Below are positions 28,486 through 32,000 of a DNA stretch of 32,000 nucleotides, piece after piece; positions within the stretch are counted from its first letter, which is position 1, and every line of letters begins with the position of its first letter. The notes below the pieces were generated by a model. That model did no database searches. It was not told where the DNA came from and saw only the letters and a program-made list of their open reading frames with translations. Source of the stretch: Promethearchaeota archaeon (GTDB lineage Archaea; Asgardarchaeota; Lokiarchaeia; Sigyniarchaeales; Promethearchaeaceae). The stretch lies in contig JAFGBS010000022.1 of NCBI GenBank assembly GCA_016933055.1, positions 9,564-41,563 on the forward strand. Direction: 5' to 3'. The translations under genes were made by a program, and so were the position numbers.

Positions 28486-29187
28486 ATGGAAAAACGTTGG
28501 AAAAAGGTAATAGTAGCTATTACTACTATAACCATTATCATTGGCTCATTTTTCATAATAATGCTAATTGATAATAATCCCTTCGATCATGGATTTTCTT
28601 CTGAGGGTCGTTATGATCAAAATCATCTCAATTATATGGGAGTAATCTTTGAAAATAAGATACATGTTTTTGATTTAACTTTTCATTGCGAAACTCATCC
28701 CCTTCATCCTTGTGAGGATGGGTTGCAGTATTATGCAGGGGATTTTTTCTTTAATAACATGACTCCCGTTATCGCATGTGCTCCCGGTCGAGTGGAGCGG
28801 ATTGATTGGTTGGCAGCCGAAGAAGATCTCCCATTCAATACAAGCTTATACATTATTAACGTAGGAGTCCGATTTAATGAATCCGTTTCAATCACCTATT
28901 GTTTCGAACCATTTACGAATAAAACGAGTGATTGGGAACTTCAAGGGCAATTATTGAATGTAACAATCGGAGATTGGGTAAAAAAAGGTGATTTAATAGG
29001 TGTATTTTTAAAAATAAATCAATATGCGCACATCCATTGGGATATATCAATTCCGTGTATGGACATTGGTTATCCTTCACCTGAGTATTTTTATGATATG
29101 GAGGGATATAATCAAATGCTAGACTTGATTTCTTACTTAAATGCTACTCATAATGATGGGATTGACCGAGGAGGGTGCTATTTTTAA
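28486..29187 (+). CDS. Membrane-anchored M23/LytM peptidase-like protein
   Basis: TPVIACAPGRV, LNVTIGDWVKKGDLIG and AHIHW match the M23 fold; N-terminal TM helix. Confidence 0.65.
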   Translation: MEKRWKKVIVAITTITIIIGSFFIIMLIDNNPFDHGFSSEGRYDQNHLNYMGVIFENKIHVFDLTFHCETHPLHPCEDGLQYYAGDFFFNNMTPVIACAPGRVERIDWLAAEEDLPFNTSLYIINVGVRFNESVSITYCFEPFTNKTSDWELQGQLLNVTIGDWVKKGDLIGVFLKINQYAHIHWDISIPCMDIGYPSPEYFYDMEGYNQMLDLISYLNATHNDGIDRGGCYF

Positions 29188-29273
29188 TATAATATTAATT
29201 TAGCTTTTCTTCCCCAAGAAGCATTTCATAATTAATGCAAATTTTTAAGACAATCTATATTTTTTCTTCATAC

Positions 29274-29759
29274 ATGCAAACTTTTCTTCCTTATGCTGAT
29301 TTTGCTAACTCGTTTAAAGTACTAGATTACAAAAGATTAGGAAAACAACGTGCAGAAGCATTAACATTAATCCATGTAATAGAAAGCATAATGAAGGGAG
29401 GGGAGAAACCTAAAGGATGGGTTCATCATCCAATTACCATAATGTGGCGACCTTATTGTAATGCATTGAAGTTATATTGCAATCTCTGTATAAAAGAATG
29501 GATTTCAAGGGGTTATTCAAACACAATTGAGTTTTTTTCTGTAAAGGAAAAAGATGTTATAATGCCGGACTGGCTAGGATTTGAACCTTTCCATGCTTCT
29601 CATCGAGCTAATCTGCTTAGAAAAGACTATTCCTATTATTCAAAATTTCATTGGAAAGAGAATCCTATAAAACCTTATCTATGGCGGGATGAGAATAAAA
29701 CGTGGTATTATTTTGATTCAAAAACTAAAACACGTCACTATTTAACGATCTTCTCATAG
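29274..29759 (+). CDS. MSMEG_6728-family / pyrimidine-dimer DNA glycosylase-like protein
   Basis: MQTFLPY...LDYKRLGKQRAEA...HHPITIMWRPY...EWISRGY...PDWLG...HASHRANLLRKD; start moved to ATG 29274. Confidence 0.85.
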   Translation: MQTFLPYADFANSFKVLDYKRLGKQRAEALTLIHVIESIMKGGEKPKGWVHHPITIMWRPYCNALKLYCNLCIKEWISRGYSNTIEFFSVKEKDVIMPDWLGFEPFHASHRANLLRKDYSYYSKFHWKENPIKPYLWRDENKTWYYFDSKTKTRHYLTIFS

Positions 29760-29910
29760 AATGAGAACAAGATATTCTTCATTGAACACCAGCCGATCCT
29801 CTGTAATCTCTTAATCTAAAAAAAAAGGATATACAGACCATTTGATGCACCCAAGTTTTTATTATCCTTTTTTTCTAGTAAATCTATACAAACAAAAGGA
29901 AACTCCTATC

Positions 29911-30396
29911 ATGAGTAAGTTTGTGGTATATATATCAAAATCGGGTAATACAAAAGTTATTGCTGAAAAAATCGCTCAAGTTGCTCACTACGAATTGATT
30001 TCTTTAAACTTGATGGAAAAAAAAGGAAAAGGTTCCTCAGGAGAACAAGCACAAGAAGAAGCAAGATTCATGTCTGCGATAAGGAGATGTAAAAATGCAG
30101 AACTTGTATTCGTTGGAACTCCGGTAATAATGAAACAACCGCACCCCAAAATTGCCAAATTTGTGAATTCGGTGGATGCTAAACGTATGGCATTTTTCAT
30201 TACCTATGAAAACGATATGGGATTTACTTTGAAGGAAATGAAGGATTCAGCAGAAATTCGCTCAATTCGCGTACTTGGTGCCAGTGAATACGGTGGTTTG
30301 AAAACGGGGATTTTAGAGCAGATGATGGATAAAGATAAAGCAGATATCTTAATAAAAGCGGAAAAATTCGCTTTAGACTGCTTGCAGTCAATTTAA
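29911..30396 (+). CDS. Flavodoxin-like protein
   Basis: YISKSGNTKVIAEKIA FMN-binding loop; LVFVGTPV; start moved to ATG 29911. Confidence 0.8.
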   Translation: MSKFVVYISKSGNTKVIAEKIAQVAHYELISLNLMEKKGKGSSGEQAQEEARFMSAIRRCKNAELVFVGTPVIMKQPHPKIAKFVNSVDAKRMAFFITYENDMGFTLKEMKDSAEIRSIRVLGASEYGGLKTGILEQMMDKDKADILIKAEKFALDCLQSI

Positions 30397-30511
30397 ATTG
30401 TTTCTTTTCTTATTTTTAGGAACTCATAACACTAACATTGCTTTTTTAAATATGTGTGATCAACCAAGTATTGGTTTTTTATTTTCACACAAATTTATCT
30501 GGTTGAAGAAC

Positions 30512-31885
30512 ATGGAAGAAAAGGAAACTAGTACATCCTTAAAGAAACGAACAGTGATTTTTGCAATCCCAAAATTTGGTGCATCATTATTACTAGGCAT
30601 CGTAGGATTTGCACTGTTGAAACTTTATTCGGATGGGTATGGAATAGATGAAACAAAGGTAACATATGTAATTTCATTAGGGTATATAGCGATTGCAATA
30701 TCTCAATCATTTTTCGGTTGGCTAAGTGATGCTACATACATCTCCAAAATCGGTAGAAGGAAACCATATATTTTCGTATTAACTCCCGTTATGTTCATAT
30801 CATTCATTTGTTTGTTTCTTCCTACCTTATTTCTTAAGAATCCCTCCGAGAATACGCTTTATACCTGGTTGTTAGTATTTAATATCTTGTTTGAGATAAG
30901 CTATGCAGTAACTACGCCGTATCAAGCTTGGATGGCCGAACAATTTAGTGTAAAAGAAAGACCAAAAGTTTCCCAAATCCAAAATATGGCAAGTCATATC
31001 GGAAACGGGATAATGATAATCTTTACCATGGTCGTTATTCCTAATTTTGCGATAGAAGTAGCAGCAGACCCCACTAGTCTTCCGCTTACTTATATGCTTT
31101 CAATAATATTTTTTGGAGGATTTTTCTTTATTCTGTTCTATTTAGCTGCTTTCACCATGCCAACGGAAAAACCTCCAGAATCTAAACCGAATCTTCTTCG
31201 AAATTTGAAACTAATCCTCACAAATAAGAATTTCATGCTTGTGCAATTAATGCAAGGGCTTGCAAGCTTGGGATGGATCACTATTACGACTATCATGCTA
31301 AAATACGTAACAAATGTATTAGGATTCACTGGACTTATCAATTTGGTGGTTTCGGGATGCTTATTGGTAGGAATTCTTCTCGCTTTATATATATGGAGGA
31401 AACTGATTCAGAAAGTCGGTAAAAAAAGGAGCATATTGGGAGTTTTTCTATTTGCAGCAATTGTGGCTACAACTTCAGTAGTGGGATTAATTGAGATGCC
31501 TGATATTGTGCGCTATATATTTGGATTTGCATTTATGTTAGGTATTGCAGGGTCATTAGGTGGTTGGTTTCTGTTTCCAGCTATTTATTATGCAGACTTG
31601 GCTGAAGATGATCAGATTTCTACAGGTGAACTTAAAGCGGGAATATTCGTGGGATTTCCGAGTATAATTCTAAATTTATTCCAAGCGTTGGGAACTTTCA
31701 TCTTAGGGCAGTTATATCGTATCTTCCCTATAATTACCATTGGTTCCTTTGTAGCGGGTACAGCATTAACATTTAATATGGCTGAAGTGTTATGGGGACC
31801 AATGGTAATGATCTTCATGCTAATCTCGTATTTCTATACGAAATTTCTGATTAAATTAGATTTCGATTGGGAGAAAAAACGTTAG
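30512..31885 (+). CDS. MFS transporter, GPH/MelB-like family
   Basis: FGWLSDATYISKIGRRKPY, PYQAWMAEQFSVKER, KVGKK and YADLAEDD; 12 TM segments; start moved to ATG 30512. Confidence 0.9.
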   Translation: MEEKETSTSLKKRTVIFAIPKFGASLLLGIVGFALLKLYSDGYGIDETKVTYVISLGYIAIAISQSFFGWLSDATYISKIGRRKPYIFVLTPVMFISFICLFLPTLFLKNPSENTLYTWLLVFNILFEISYAVTTPYQAWMAEQFSVKERPKVSQIQNMASHIGNGIMIIFTMVVIPNFAIEVAADPTSLPLTYMLSIIFFGGFFFILFYLAAFTMPTEKPPESKPNLLRNLKLILTNKNFMLVQLMQGLASLGWITITTIMLKYVTNVLGFTGLINLVVSGCLLVGILLALYIWRKLIQKVGKKRSILGVFLFAAIVATTSVVGLIEMPDIVRYIFGFAFMLGIAGSLGGWFLFPAIYYADLAEDDQISTGELKAGIFVGFPSIILNLFQALGTFILGQLYRIFPIITIGSFVAGTALTFNMAEVLWGPMVMIFMLISYFYTKFLIKLDFDWEKKR

Positions 31886-31923
31886 AAATTAACAAAAAAA
31901 TTATTTTTGAATTATTAATCTTT

Positions 31924-31960
31924 TTTTACCGAAGCTAATCGGTAAAATTTTCCCTTTTTT
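31924..31960 (+). terminator. Hairpin plus T tract after the MFS gene
   Basis: TTTTACCGA-agctaa-TCGGTAAAA is a perfect 9-bp stem (31924-31947) followed by a T/C-rich tract. Confidence 0.6.
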
Positions 31961-32000
31961 TCCTTTGTACTGTACGGTCTTCTCCCTTCTCCCAAAGAAT

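Noticed and set aside
9233-31818. Remaining short track ORFs nested in or antisense to longer genes (e.g. 9233-9451, 9725-9970, 12754-13038, 13888-14118, 22408-22701, 26711-26992, 31138-31341)
   Set aside because: They overlap well-supported CDSs and show no recognisable motifs.
1-32000. CRISPR array, tRNA, rRNA, transposase or integrase
   Set aside because: No regularly spaced repeats, cloverleaf-like segment, rRNA-like GC-rich tract or DDE/HUH/tyrosine-recombinase motif was seen by eye.

Overview
AT-rich window from an archaeal chromosome, most likely an Asgard archaeon (Lokiarchaeia/Promethearchaeia-like). This is inferred from an IPGY-TM-KKKK (Loki-CTERM-like) sorting tail, a long LRR protein and a membrane-anchored double-wHTH regulator. 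It holds about 30 mostly monocistronic genes: regulators (PadR, AbrB, ArsR-like, PAS), peptidases (M28, M1, M23-like), acyl/acetyltransferase-like proteins, transporters (TauE, ECF module, MFS), an orphan DNA methyltransferase and two zinc-ribbon/TM2 paralogs. No rRNA, tRNA, CRISPR array or transposase was seen. Three things are missing from the ORF track. (1) A non-coding element of about 280-330 bp occurs as two diverged direct copies (13370-13651, 15031-15363) bracketing the M28 peptidase gene; differences between the copies preserve base-paired stems, suggesting a structured RNA or non-autonomous mobile element. (2) A reading frame of at least 722 codons on the minus strand (1-2167) carries a PD-(D/E)XK nuclease motif. 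(3) A 54-codon remnant resembles the C-terminus of a flavoprotein disulfide reductase. All family assignments are from motif recognition by eye; no database search was run.
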